NCBI GenBank assembly: GCA_965198235.1
Contig: OZ240248.1
Span: forward strand, 192,001 to 256,000
Direction of reading: 5' to 3'
Length of the DNA: 64,000 nucleotides
DNA from: Candidatus Poribacteria bacterium
Lineage (GTDB): Bacteria > Poribacteria > WGA-4E > WGA-3G
The notes beneath the pieces were generated by a model. The model made no database searches. It worked only from the letters and a program-made list of their open reading frames with translations, and was not told the DNA's origin. Made by a program: the position numbers and the translations under genes. Numbering within the stretch: position 1 is the first letter of the stretch; the number at the start of each line of letters is the position of its first letter. Positions 31,169-40,830 of the stretch are shown here, in pieces.

Positions 31169-32221
31169 TTATTCTTCAGCTCGAATCGCAATTTTAATCG
31201 CTGTTTCACCTTCAATACGGTAGCCACCGTCAAGTGCCTTAAATCCGTCCCCGACCTGTGAGAGTGGCAGCTGATGGCTAATCATGTCAGCGAACGGTAA
31301 ATCGCTCTGTTCAAGGAGTGGTAAGCCGCGGACAAAGTGCTCATAACTGCTTCCCCAAATAGCCTCGACGCGAAGGTTTTTGCGCATCAATAATTGGTTG
31401 ATGTTAAAATCAATTGAACCCATGTCAACGAAGTGACCGACTTCAACAAAAGTACCACTGCGTCGGGTGTACCCTAATCCTTCCGGCGTGGCAGGGAGAA
31501 AACCTGCACATTCAAAAACAACGTCCGCCCCCTCTTTGCGTGGTGTTTCGGCTTGCACGAGTTCCGTCCGTTCTTCGGCAGTGGTAACTTCCTCAATGTT
31601 AATTGTTACGTCGGCACCGAGCCGTTTCGCGAGTTCTAATCGTCCAGCGGGTCCGCCGACCATAATCACTTTTGCGGCACCGCTCAATTTCGCACAGGCA
31701 AGCGTCACGAGCCCGATAGCACCCGAACCCTGCACAACGACGGTGTCACCGAGTTTGATTTCACCCCGCATTGCGGCGTGAACGCCGATAGTAAACGGCT
31801 CTGTCAGCACAGCAACCTCAGGCGACGCATCGGTTTTGATAAAGCAAGTGTTTGGATAGTTGAGATACATATAATCCGCAAACCCGCCGCGAAAATGTGG
31901 TGCCTCATCTGGATTCCACTGAAAACCGTAAGCACCATAGTTTGTTCCGGGTGCGAAGATAACCCTGTCCCCCTCTTTAACCGGTTTACCCACATAATCG
32001 GTTTCCACATCTTCACCAATCGCTTCAATAATACCGACGTTTTCATGTCCGAGTAACACTTCTTGTTGGAAGCCGTTCTGCCAGTTGTGCAGGTCAGTTC
32101 CGCAGATCCCTGCTAACTCCTGACGGAGCAGCACTGTGTTAGGTTCAGGTTCAGGAACCGGGTATTCACGAATTTCAAAATCTTTGCCGCACGCGACCAC
32201 GGCTCTCCCTGTCCGACTCAT
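31169..32221 (-). CDS. Zn-binding alcohol dehydrogenase
   Basis: GICGTDLH, GHE, GSGAIG. Confidence 0.85.
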   Translation of the reverse strand: MSRTGRAVVACGKDFEIREYPVPEPEPNTVLLRQELAGICGTDLHNWQNGFQQEVLLGHENVGIIEAIGEDVETDYVGKPVKEGDRVIFAPGTNYGAYGFQWNPDEAPHFRGGFADYMYLNYPNTCFIKTDASPEVAVLTEPFTIGVHAAMRGEIKLGDTVVVQGSGAIGLVTLACAKLSGAAKVIMVGGPAGRLELAKRLGADVTINIEEVTTAEERTELVQAETPRKEGADVVFECAGFLPATPEGLGYTRRSGTFVEVGHFVDMGSIDFNINQLLMRKNLRVEAIWGSSYEHFVRGLPLLEQSDLPFADMISHQLPLSQVGDGFKALDGGYRIEGETAIKIAIRAEE

Positions 32222-32288
32222 ATTTAGTTCTCCTTAGGTTCATTTTTTGGATAACGCGCGTTCAAAGCGCGCTACCGTTTGACTCTGT

Positions 32289-32573
32289 TCATATATATCT
32301 CCGCTTCTTTCGAGAGATAAGCACAATAACAATAATCGCGACAATCGTAATTGGCAGCCAGAACGCTTCAAAAATTTCCCAGAAAAAGTTAAACCCGATC
32401 CAAAGTAGGACTTCAATCCCGACGATAAGGGCTGTTTTGTTCCATGGAAACTCGGCACCGTACTGTTTTTTCAACCGGCTGGCGTATATCCACGAGACCA
32501 CCAAAGTGCCAACAATAGCCACGAAAAATAGGAGATTGACAAGCCCTTGGATGCCGTTTAAGATGCTTAACAT
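32289..32573 (-). CDS. Small membrane protein
   Basis: Three hydrophobic segments, basic C-terminus, RBS AGGAG. Confidence 0.65.
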   Translation of the reverse strand: MLSILNGIQGLVNLLFFVAIVGTLVVSWIYASRLKKQYGAEFPWNKTALIVGIEVLLWIGFNFFWEIFEAFWLPITIVAIIVIVLISRKKRRYI

Positions 32574-32690
32574 AAGAATTTCGCTCCTTTGTAGGAGGGC
32601 TTTGTAAGCCCGAATTCCTTTTATCCCTATAGAAACACGGCATCTGAAAAAGATAGTAAAAGTTGTCCTGTTATCCTTTCCGTTTTCTCG

Positions 32691-33527
32691 CTATTCACGG
32701 TGAATGCGCTCTGGACAACTATAGACTGCCATACTCTGACCCCGCATGAAACCTACTAATGTGAGGTTACCCTCTTTGGCGAGATCTACGGCGAGTGTAG
32801 ATGCAGCGGAGACAGCGACGATAATCGGGATACGGGCAAAGAGTGCTTTCTGGACGATTTCAAAACTGGCGCGTCCGCTCACCATCAAGATATGCCGATC
32901 CAGCGGCACCAAGTCAGCGAGTAACGCGTGTCCGATGACTTTATCGACAGCGTTGTGTCTGCCTATGTCCTCTCTGATAATCAGAAGTTCACCCTTTTCA
33001 TTGAATAACCCGGCGGCGTGGAGTCCACCTGTTCTTTCAAAAACGGGTTGCGCTTTTCTTAACCGATCGTTGAGCTTATAGAATACCTCTTGATTCACAC
33101 CGAACCCCGAATTCAACGGCAGCACCTGCTGTCTCACAGATTCAATCGTCATTTTGCCACAGAGTCCACAGCTTGCATTCGCGTGAAAATTCCGCTGCCA
33201 ACCTGATTCGGCATCAAGGTCCAGTTCCTCCACAAGACGAACGTTGACGATATTCTGCAACGACGATAAACCGGAAGGCTGCGTTTCAGAGGGCTCTTCA
33301 TCACAGTAGGCAATGATTTCGATGTCATCGCCAGAGGTTATGAGGTTTTCCGTATAAAGAAAACCCGCGGCGAGTTCAAAATCGTGTCCGGGAGTCCGCA
33401 TCACAACGATCAAACTCTGTTGCCCCACCCGAATCTCAAGCGGTTCCTCAACAACCAACTCGTCTTCGACCTGGGTGGGTTCAGTAGCTATCCAGCGTGT
33501 AATAAGTTTTGTGGATGTCGGTTGCAT
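32691..33527 (-). CDS. fdhD: Formate dehydrogenase accessory sulfurtransferase
   Basis: EEPLEI, MRTPG.D.ELAAGFL, CGLCG, EDIGRHNAVDK. Confidence 0.92.
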   Translation of the reverse strand: MQPTSTKLITRWIATEPTQVEDELVVEEPLEIRVGQQSLIVVMRTPGHDFELAAGFLYTENLITSGDDIEIIAYCDEEPSETQPSGLSSLQNIVNVRLVEELDLDAESGWQRNFHANASCGLCGKMTIESVRQQVLPLNSGFGVNQEVFYKLNDRLRKAQPVFERTGGLHAAGLFNEKGELLIIREDIGRHNAVDKVIGHALLADLVPLDRHILMVSGRASFEIVQKALFARIPIIVAVSAASTLAVDLAKEGNLTLVGFMRGQSMAVYSCPERIHRE

Positions 33528-33562
33528 AGTTCTTTACGTTCGCGGACGCTCGCGAACAGATT

Positions 33563-35608
33563 TCATTGAGCGTTCATCGTTGCCAAACCGTTAGAAGTCG
33601 CTAACCATACTCTATTGTTTACTACGACGAGAGACTCTACTATTAATTCACCTGTGAGTATTTGAGGTGTCGTTGTGTACTGCCATACATCGGCAGAGCG
33701 TGTGTGATGTGTGTAAAGATCTTGATTCGTCGCTATCCACAAGACTAACGGAATTTGTGGCGTGGGAGGTGGTTCAGTTTCTAACTCTTCAGTTTCCGGC
33801 GAAAATTCGGATATTGTCGGATCCGATATTTCTTCTACCGGTTCTGCCTCAGGTTCTTCTATGACTATAGGTGAGGCATCCAGAGCACCTCTGATGTAAA
33901 TGTTCCTTAAGTCGTTTTCATTTTCTATGCCTGTGTCAAGTGTTGTCGATTTTCCGTTCCCACCGTCCATGTCTGCTCGAAAATAACCGTTGGATTTTTC
34001 ATCGGCATTGAACCACGTAAAGAGCAACTGCTCTTCTGCAATATCAAGTCCCACAATCTTCATGCCTTCTCGTATTGCTGTCGAGTGATAGGAATCCCAC
34101 TCCTCTTTTTCCCTGTCGAACATGACGACGTTTCCTTCTGCCGAGGCACCCCAAACCGTTTGAGGCGTTAGTAACAAGGTCTCGATGTCGTCTGCCGGTA
34201 GTAGACTGTTGTGGGTGTTGTAATGGAGAAAGGGCTCGATACCGCCGCGAATCCGTCGTATGATCCCGGTATCTGTGGCGAACCAAACCTCCGTGTCATC
34301 CATCTTAATGTCCTTAATCCAAGCAGGAAATCCATCAGTTGGGGAATAGTTTTGAATGTTGCCTGTTAGCTGGCTATAGTGAATCGCGCCTTGGGAACGC
34401 GTCCCGACCCACACTTCTTGCGAATTTGCTGCGATGGCTGTAACATCCGGCACACTTTCCAAGGCAGTGTTAATAAGTTGTGCGACGACTTCAAACGAAA
34501 TCCATTTGTCATACGCAGTCTGGAATAGCATTAACCCCTTTGGCGTTCCTATCCATAGCCATGTGCCATCAGTTGTCATGGTTTGGATCTGGTTGTCGGG
34601 GAGCCCGTCTGCCTCGGTGTAAACTGTCCATTTCGTTTGATCCAGAATCTCTTTTGCCTCTTCCTTTATCGCCTCATCATTGGTGATTTCTTCGACGAGA
34701 ATTGCTTCACTTGCGGCTTCTTCCAGTCTACCGAGTTTCAAGTTGGTAGCTGCACCAATGAGGTGTGCCTTATAGATCCACTCACTTTCCGGGTAACGCG
34801 TAACAAACCTGTCTAAGGTGTGAAGCGCATTTTCCAACTGGTCCATCTCTGATTGTAGTTTTCCAATCAGGAAAAGTGCTTTTTCGTGGGATGCCATGTC
34901 CGGATAATCTTTGATTGCAGATACGAGAAGAGATAATCCGGCACTGTGGCTCTCCAATTGTTCGATGAGTAGGAAGCCAGTAAGATATTTCAACACTGAT
35001 ACGTCGGGGTGATCTGGGTAATAGGTGAGAATTAGTTGGTAGTTATCCACTGCTACATCGTAAACTTCGTTCGCGAGGGCGATGTCCCCGAGTTCATGAA
35101 AGAGTGGCACAAGGTCGAAACTCGGGGCATCAAGAATGGCTACAAAACGAAATCGTTCCAACGCGTTCACATTGTCACCATTTGCTTTGTAAAGCAATCC
35201 GAGTTGGTAGTGTGCATCTGGGTATTTCGGGAATTCTTCAATAGCGGCTTCAAACCGCTGTCGTGCTTTTTCAGGGAGCCCTAACTCCAGCAATGTAAGC
35301 CCATTGTGAAAATACTTTGCAGCGGTTCGATCTGGAACATATGCCAAATCTGATGTAAAATTGAGAGTGTGTCCTGCCAAGGGGAGTCGTAAAATCTGCC
35401 CATTATATTCCATTTCAAAGTGAGTATCGGTGGCACTGCGCCAACTGCCGGTGAGTCTATCACCGTTTTCACTGTCCACAATGACGTATTGCTCACTATA
35501 GGCAAGGTGTTGATAGACAAGCAGGACGACTAACGCTATCAGTACAAATAGACGGTAAACTTTTTGTTTTTTTAACTGTGTCTCTTTTACGGGTTTCTGA
35601 TGCAACAT
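33563..35608 (-). CDS. TPR + beta-propeller (Reg_prop-like) membrane-anchored protein
   Basis: N-terminal TM segment, TPRs, GLPDNQI..WIGT..GL repeats. Confidence 0.7.
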   Translation of the reverse strand: MLHQKPVKETQLKKQKVYRLFVLIALVVLLVYQHLAYSEQYVIVDSENGDRLTGSWRSATDTHFEMEYNGQILRLPLAGHTLNFTSDLAYVPDRTAAKYFHNGLTLLELGLPEKARQRFEAAIEEFPKYPDAHYQLGLLYKANGDNVNALERFRFVAILDAPSFDLVPLFHELGDIALANEVYDVAVDNYQLILTYYPDHPDVSVLKYLTGFLLIEQLESHSAGLSLLVSAIKDYPDMASHEKALFLIGKLQSEMDQLENALHTLDRFVTRYPESEWIYKAHLIGAATNLKLGRLEEAASEAILVEEITNDEAIKEEAKEILDQTKWTVYTEADGLPDNQIQTMTTDGTWLWIGTPKGLMLFQTAYDKWISFEVVAQLINTALESVPDVTAIAANSQEVWVGTRSQGAIHYSQLTGNIQNYSPTDGFPAWIKDIKMDDTEVWFATDTGIIRRIRGGIEPFLHYNTHNSLLPADDIETLLLTPQTVWGASAEGNVVMFDREKEEWDSYHSTAIREGMKIVGLDIAEEQLLFTWFNADEKSNGYFRADMDGGNGKSTTLDTGIENENDLRNIYIRGALDASPIVIEEPEAEPVEEISDPTISEFSPETEELETEPPPTPQIPLVLWIATNQDLYTHHTRSADVWQYTTTPQILTGELIVESLVVVNNRVWLATSNGLATMNAQ

Positions 35609-35717
35609 AATTTATTTACCTTCAAAATGTCTGTTGATTGATATAGAGTTATAATATCAGAAAGACCCAGAAAAGTCAAGGACGTTTGAGGCGCGCTCAG
35701 CCCCTTCAGTTCTTCTG

Positions 35718-35790
35718 TAGGAGGGATCTCCGAATCCCGACGCTTTCTGACGGCTGACCGCCTTTGTAAGAGAGGTCTCCGAACCCGACA
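35718..35790 (+). repeat. REP pair with heptamer repeats
   Basis: GTAGGAGGGATCTCCGAATCCCGAC (identical at 47549) plus a degenerate copy. Confidence 0.7.
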
Positions 35791-35841
35791 CCTTGCTTCT
35801 ACAGAAGAGTTGGCCGATGATATAGGACGTAAATACCGTAC

Positions 35842-35870
35842 TTGATACCGAATCGGCTATCCGCTATAAT
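35842..35870 (+). promoter_or_regulatory. Sigma70 promoter of a probable leaderless helicase mRNA
   Basis: TTGATA-N17-TATAAT, 7 nt before ATG 35878. Confidence 0.6.
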
Positions 35871-35877
35871 ACTTATC

Positions 35878-38268
35878 ATGGACGAAATCGCACTTCCAAT
35901 TACAGAATTAAAGGAGATGTTTCAGGAGGCAATCGCAGCAGGTCCTGTGGTGATTGTAGCACCGACCGGTAGTGGAAAATCGACACAAATTCCGCCGTGG
36001 TGTGCTGCGCTATCGGATGATCCAGTACTTGTTGTCGAACCGAGACGTGTCGCATGCCGTTCACTCGCACGGTGGGTAGCAAAACAGCACGGCGAACCCT
36101 TAGGGCATTCTGTCGGTTATACTGTCCGCTTTGAAGATGTTGGTTCCAATGCTTTAACCCGCATCCGTTTTGTCACACCCGGTGTCGCTTTGCAGTATGC
36201 CGCGGGGTCAGAATTGGATCAATACGGGACCATCATCTTGGACGAATTCCACGAACGCGGTGTCGAGGCAGACCTCTTTCTCGCTATATGCCGAAAAAAA
36301 CGACGCGATGCGAGACTCGTTATCATGTCTGCCACGATAGCCGCGCAGCACCTCGCACAGTTTATAGGTGGACGGGTGCTACGGGCGGAGGGACGCGTCT
36401 ATCCTGTTACAGTGCAGTATCTTGGTGGGACAGTTGTCCCGACATCCCGTGATTTAGTGGAACGCGCTGAAAAAGGTGTTAATCATGCCCTCAAAGAGAC
36501 TGCCGGAAATGTCTTGGTTTTCCTACCGGGCAAGGGTGAGATTAATGAATGCCACGAGACACTTCGCAAGATGCGGCATATCGAACTCGTTCCACTACAC
36601 GGAGATCTGTCATCCGATGCACAGGATATAGCATTCGAGACACATTCCCAACGCCGCCGTGTTATTCTCGCAACCAACGTCGCTGAAACGTCAATTACAC
36701 TTCCCGGTATCACTGCCGTTGTAGATACAGGTTTAGTACGCCAGCGTATCCATCAAAACCGACGTATCGTTTTAGCGTTGCGTCCAATCTCCCAAGCTTC
36801 CGCTGAGCAACGTCGCGGACGAGCAGGTCGCCTCGGACCGGGAATTTGTTACAGACTTTGGGAGGAACACGGGCAACTTGAACAGGAAACACTTCCAGAG
36901 GTGCGGCGAGAGGATTTGACGCAATTCGTGCTGACGGTCGCTTCAACCGGCTTTCGTCCGCAGGATTTGACGTTTCTCGATGCTCCCCCTGACTTCGCAG
37001 TGGAACGTGCGCAAACTGCTTTGCAGAGTTGGGGAGTCCTCTCTGACGATGGCATGCTTACAGCGGAAGGGGCGAAGATCTGTGGGCTACCTGTCAATCC
37101 AGTGCATGCTCGATTGTTAGTGAAAGTTCCATCGCCTCTCCGACGCGATCTAATTGATTTGATTGCCACTTTGGAACGTCCTGCCCCCTTATGGCAGCGC
37201 ATGGTCCGTATGCCGATTGCGCAACAGGATGCTGTTCGGAAGGCTCGCCAGAAAGACCTATTTCGCGATGGATGTGATGCAACGACGGCGATCCGAACCT
37301 TACGCTCCGGCGATGAGAAGCACCATCACCTCCATAAGACTGCCCTCGCCGAGTGTCGCAGAATCGCGACGCAGCTCAGGACTTTCTTTCACTTGCCACC
37401 TGTGATGCAAGAAAACGCATCACCGCAACCTGACCGAGCCGCGCTTATTGCCTATCTTTTACATGAATGGGACGCTTGTGCTTACGTACGCAGACGAAAG
37501 GGGAAGGCATGGGGGAACGGGCAGGCGGAGGTTTTGCTTGATTCTGATTCGCTCCTTCCGGAAGGACAGAACGCCGCTTTGATCTTGGAAACCGTTGGTG
37601 TTGGTAAAGGCACACGCGTTCAATTGCTCGGACGCACCGCCATGCCTTGTGCTTTTGCCGACCTCGTCGATGCTGGGATTGGTACTTCACAACTTGCCGC
37701 CCCCAGATTGGACGGCGAGGACATTGTTGCAGAAGTGGTAACCGAATACGCGGGAAGGGAGATCGGACGCGAACGTCGCCCACTCCACGGGGCATTGCTA
37801 AGAGATGCCTTGGCATCTCTCATTCTCTCTGGATCTCTGTTCCGTGGAGTTGGGGAACAACTCACACAAGCGATCGATGCTTGGCAGTTGCATTGTGCCC
37901 TCAACCCCGATATGCCTGCCTCGGAAACCGTCGAAGTGACACCACACACATGGTTGGTCTCGCGACTCGCTCTGTTAGGTGTGGAAATTGCTGAGGAATA
38001 CCAACTCCTCTCCATAGACGATCTGATATTTACTGAGATAGACACGGACACCATCGCTGAAATTGAGGCGCAGTATCCGAGAGAATTTTCTGTCAACGGT
38101 GCTAAGTTCAGTGTGGAATATTCCCCAAACCAAAAGTTAGTCACGTTGCGATGGGAGCGCGGCATCCGTCAGCCAACGTTGAGTGCAGTACTGCTACCGC
38201 GCTGGAACAATTGGAAAGTCCAAGTTGACATCCGGGGGCAGCTGCGGACGGTGCGTCCCGCTTCCTAA
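35878..38268 (+). CDS. HrpB-like DEAH-box RNA helicase
   Basis: APTGSGKST, DEFHER, MSAT, ATNVAETSIT, QRRGRAGR. Confidence 0.85.
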   Translation: MDEIALPITELKEMFQEAIAAGPVVIVAPTGSGKSTQIPPWCAALSDDPVLVVEPRRVACRSLARWVAKQHGEPLGHSVGYTVRFEDVGSNALTRIRFVTPGVALQYAAGSELDQYGTIILDEFHERGVEADLFLAICRKKRRDARLVIMSATIAAQHLAQFIGGRVLRAEGRVYPVTVQYLGGTVVPTSRDLVERAEKGVNHALKETAGNVLVFLPGKGEINECHETLRKMRHIELVPLHGDLSSDAQDIAFETHSQRRRVILATNVAETSITLPGITAVVDTGLVRQRIHQNRRIVLALRPISQASAEQRRGRAGRLGPGICYRLWEEHGQLEQETLPEVRREDLTQFVLTVASTGFRPQDLTFLDAPPDFAVERAQTALQSWGVLSDDGMLTAEGAKICGLPVNPVHARLLVKVPSPLRRDLIDLIATLERPAPLWQRMVRMPIAQQDAVRKARQKDLFRDGCDATTAIRTLRSGDEKHHHLHKTALAECRRIATQLRTFFHLPPVMQENASPQPDRAALIAYLLHEWDACAYVRRRKGKAWGNGQAEVLLDSDSLLPEGQNAALILETVGVGKGTRVQLLGRTAMPCAFADLVDAGIGTSQLAAPRLDGEDIVAEVVTEYAGREIGRERRPLHGALLRDALASLILSGSLFRGVGEQLTQAIDAWQLHCALNPDMPASETVEVTPHTWLVSRLALLGVEIAEEYQLLSIDDLIFTEIDTDTIAEIEAQYPREFSVNGAKFSVEYSPNQKLVTLRWERGIRQPTLSAVLLPRWNNWKVQVDIRGQLRTVRPAS

Positions 38269-38855
38269 TTTGCTTTGATTTTTCCCCACACTGTGGTGAT
38301 CAACTGCGGTTGCGGCATAACAGACAACGTCGTAAATGCTGGATTGAACCAAGACGGTGTAACGCTTAAACCACGACGTGTCAGTTGTTTTTTCCGTCGA
38401 GTCTGCAAATCAATTGTGACAATTTGACGATCCCTTTCTACGGCTTCCTCCACATACACCAGCTTTTCACCATCCGGGGACCACGCCGGATGAAAGATAC
38501 CCAGCACAGGTTTACCAATTTGTTTCAATCCGCTGCCATCGCGATTTGCGACATAAATTGCGTCCCTATCTCCCAGACCCCATTTTAACCAAGAAAATGC
38601 AAGTTTTGTACCATCCGGGGACCACGCCGGACCATACATCCACGGCTGCTGATTCGGCAGAAACGCCCGTTCTCTCCGAGAACGGAGCTCCACAATGTAT
38701 ATACGACGACTTCCCTCGCCAGCAACGAAAGCGATCTCTTCTCCGTTGGGGGACCACGATGGATTACCACCCTGCACCTCCGCCAAAGCTACCTGAACGC
38801 CACCGATACCCTGTATCGTCCCGGTCTGGATGCTCCATTGCGGCATTTCTGCATG
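38265..38855 (-). pseudogene. 5'-truncated TolB-like PD40 propeller protein with TTVWG tail
   Basis: PSWSPNG/PAWSPDG repeats; frame begins at the IS right end; no signal peptide. Confidence 0.75.
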
Positions 38856-39000
38856 GTGATAGACCCAAGCCTAAAGACTTGGGCTTCTGCAATCATTAAG
38901 CAGAAGCATTTGTGGAATTCAGAATCGGATGGTTCGATTCAACGGAGGTGCCTACGATTTTGTTAAACAAAACAATAGGTCTTACAACTCCTAACCCAAA
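38856..39000 (-). ncRNA. Predicted omegaRNA scaffold of TnpB copy 1; guide = flank CATGCAGAAATGCCGC...
   Basis: Established TnpB biology; 3' region conserved between the two copies; 5' boundary approximate. Confidence 0.55.
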
Positions 39001-40107
39001 GGAAGCTACCCCTTCCTTAAGAATGTTCATAGCAGCGTTCTCGTCGCGGTCGAGGTGTGTCTCACACTTTGGACACGTCCAGTCTCTATCTGATAGCGTG
39101 AGGTTTTGATTTTTATGTCCACAAACAGAACAGCACTTTGTGGTCGGCGACCACCGATTGATTTTCAGCACAGAGCGGATACGCTTTTTGCTCTGGTGTT
39201 TCAGCTTCTGCAGAAACTCACCGAAGGCGAGGTCAGATACCTGTTGACCCCAAAGTTTTTTCATACCGCGAAGGTTGAGGTCTTCAAAGAACAGGATATC
39301 AAACTGCCGACACAACTTTATAGCAAGTTTATAGTGGTGGTCTGTCCTTTGATTCGCCGTTTTCTTATGGATACGGGCAACGTTCTTACGTTCTCGTTCG
39401 AGATTCTGAGAACCTTTGACTTTATGGGAATATACCTTTTGTGCTTCCGCCAACTTTTCAGCGTTGAGTTTGTAGAACATTGGAGACGTATATCTATGAC
39501 CATCACTGCCAGTCAGGAAGTCTTTGATACCAAAATCAAACCCTTCAGCTTGACCCGTCTTGGGTTCAATTTTAATTTCGGTATAGTCTTCTGTCAGCGT
39601 AATATACATATCTCCGAGTGCGTCCCTCTTAACATGAAACTGTTTGATAGCACCTTGTATTTCACGGTGCAACGCGAAACGATACCAACGTCCATTCAGT
39701 CTTATCTTATAGGTCGGGTGGTTTCTTTCGTTCTTCTGCGCGTCAAGCACTTTCTCCAACGCAACTTGTTCACCAGAGAACGTCATCCCTTTGTGTTTCT
39801 TGCACTTCTTGAACTTCGGGTGACCTCTGCCAAGTGTTTTCATTTCTTTGAAACTCTGTGCCAAGCGTTTGAGCATATTCTGAAGACTCCACGCGTAAGG
39901 GATATTCCAATGTTGGTATTTCTCAAGCTTTTTCAGCCGCGTCAAATGTTTCGACATCTTGGAATACGACAAGTCCTTACCATACCGACGGTAATATCGC
40001 CGAGACAACGCATTGAAATGATTCCGAACAACGCCACAGATATTCAGGTCATCCTGGAGATGCTTCAAAGAGGTATCACGAAAAAGTTTATGTGTGGTGT
40101 TTCGCAT
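38896..40107 (-). CDS. tnpB: RNA-guided endonuclease TnpB
   Basis: RuvC GFDFG / FEDL / DRDENAA intact; Zn ribbon CSVC..CPKC. Confidence 0.92.
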   Translation of the reverse strand: MRNTTHKLFRDTSLKHLQDDLNICGVVRNHFNALSRRYYRRYGKDLSYSKMSKHLTRLKKLEKYQHWNIPYAWSLQNMLKRLAQSFKEMKTLGRGHPKFKKCKKHKGMTFSGEQVALEKVLDAQKNERNHPTYKIRLNGRWYRFALHREIQGAIKQFHVKRDALGDMYITLTEDYTEIKIEPKTGQAEGFDFGIKDFLTGSDGHRYTSPMFYKLNAEKLAEAQKVYSHKVKGSQNLERERKNVARIHKKTANQRTDHHYKLAIKLCRQFDILFFEDLNLRGMKKLWGQQVSDLAFGEFLQKLKHQSKKRIRSVLKINRWSPTTKCCSVCGHKNQNLTLSDRDWTCPKCETHLDRDENAAMNILKEGVASFGLGVVRPIVLFNKIVGTSVESNHPILNSTNASA

Positions 40108-40120
40108 GGTATCTCAAGTC

Positions 40121-40197
40121 TCAAGTTCTTAACCCCTGAACAGTGGGTAGGCAGACACGTAACCTTGCGATTACGCTGTTCATGTCTGCCAGCTTGA
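40121..40197 (-). ncRNA. Structured tnpB 5' leader (copy 1)
   Basis: P1 GGCAGACA/TGTCTGCC; P2 CGTAATC-GCAA-GGTTACG; bulge TGAACAG complementary to downstream CTGTTCA. Confidence 0.6.
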
Positions 40198-40204
40198 TAC
40201 TCTA

Positions 40205-40233
40205 ATTATACCACATTTTTCACCGAAAGTCAA
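40205..40233 (-). promoter_or_regulatory. tnpB promoter, copy 1
   Basis: TTGACT-N17-TATAAT on the minus strand. Confidence 0.75.
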
Positions 40234-40321
40234 GTCTTTTTTTAACAGAGACCCTCTGGTCTAATTCACAACGGCGAGACTGTATCCCAAACCTAAAGGA
40301 TTGGGTTTTAGTCTCGGAAGG

Positions 40322-40720
40322 TTAGATAAAAGGGAAGGGTTCGTCGCCGTACCGAACAGTGATGACGGTAAATTGACCCAACACATCCGTGTCACCGTTT
40401 TTGCCACGGTAGTTGTACATACCTTTTTCCTCGAAGAATTCAAGCGTGAGATTCTTCAGGTCAAGGGCATAAAGTGCAGCTTTGGTTTCCGCAATTTCTT
40501 CGCTGACATTACTTTCCTCAATCTCAAGGTTCAGGAACTTCCACTTCCCGAGGAGTGTATCGGTTATATTGGTTTTGAGTTTGAGTTCATTATGTTCCTC
40601 GCGGAGGTCCTCGTAATTCTTGAGCAGCTGATCTCGTTCTGCTTGCATCTTTTGATACTCGGTACTTGTACAGCCAGCGAACATCAGAACGCAGATACCA
40701 AAAATAATCCAAGTTTTCAT
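40322..40720 (-). pseudogene. Lipoprotein truncated at its 3' end by the IS
   Basis: Lipobox FAGC, coiled coil; stop codon lies inside the IS left end. Confidence 0.7.
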
Positions 40721-40830
40721 CGATGTTTCTCCTTGTTACAGGCATGGGCATGCTACAGCAGCATTATACCAGAGCAACCTGTAAACGGCAAATCCCAGAT
40801 CCAAATTGTGCATCGCTTCACCCCTTGCTG

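Larger units (their letters stand above)
38856..40325 (-). mobile_element. IS200/IS605-family TnpB-only (IS1341-like) element, copy 1
   Basis: Right-end hairpin CCCAAG..CTTGGG ending TCAC; left-end hairpin preceded by TTTAT; ends homologous to copy 2. Confidence 0.85.

Noticed and set aside
39106-40197. 363-aa + strand ORF (and 48002-48724)
   Set aside because: Antisense shadows of tnpB with no recognisable motifs; the two differ in extent
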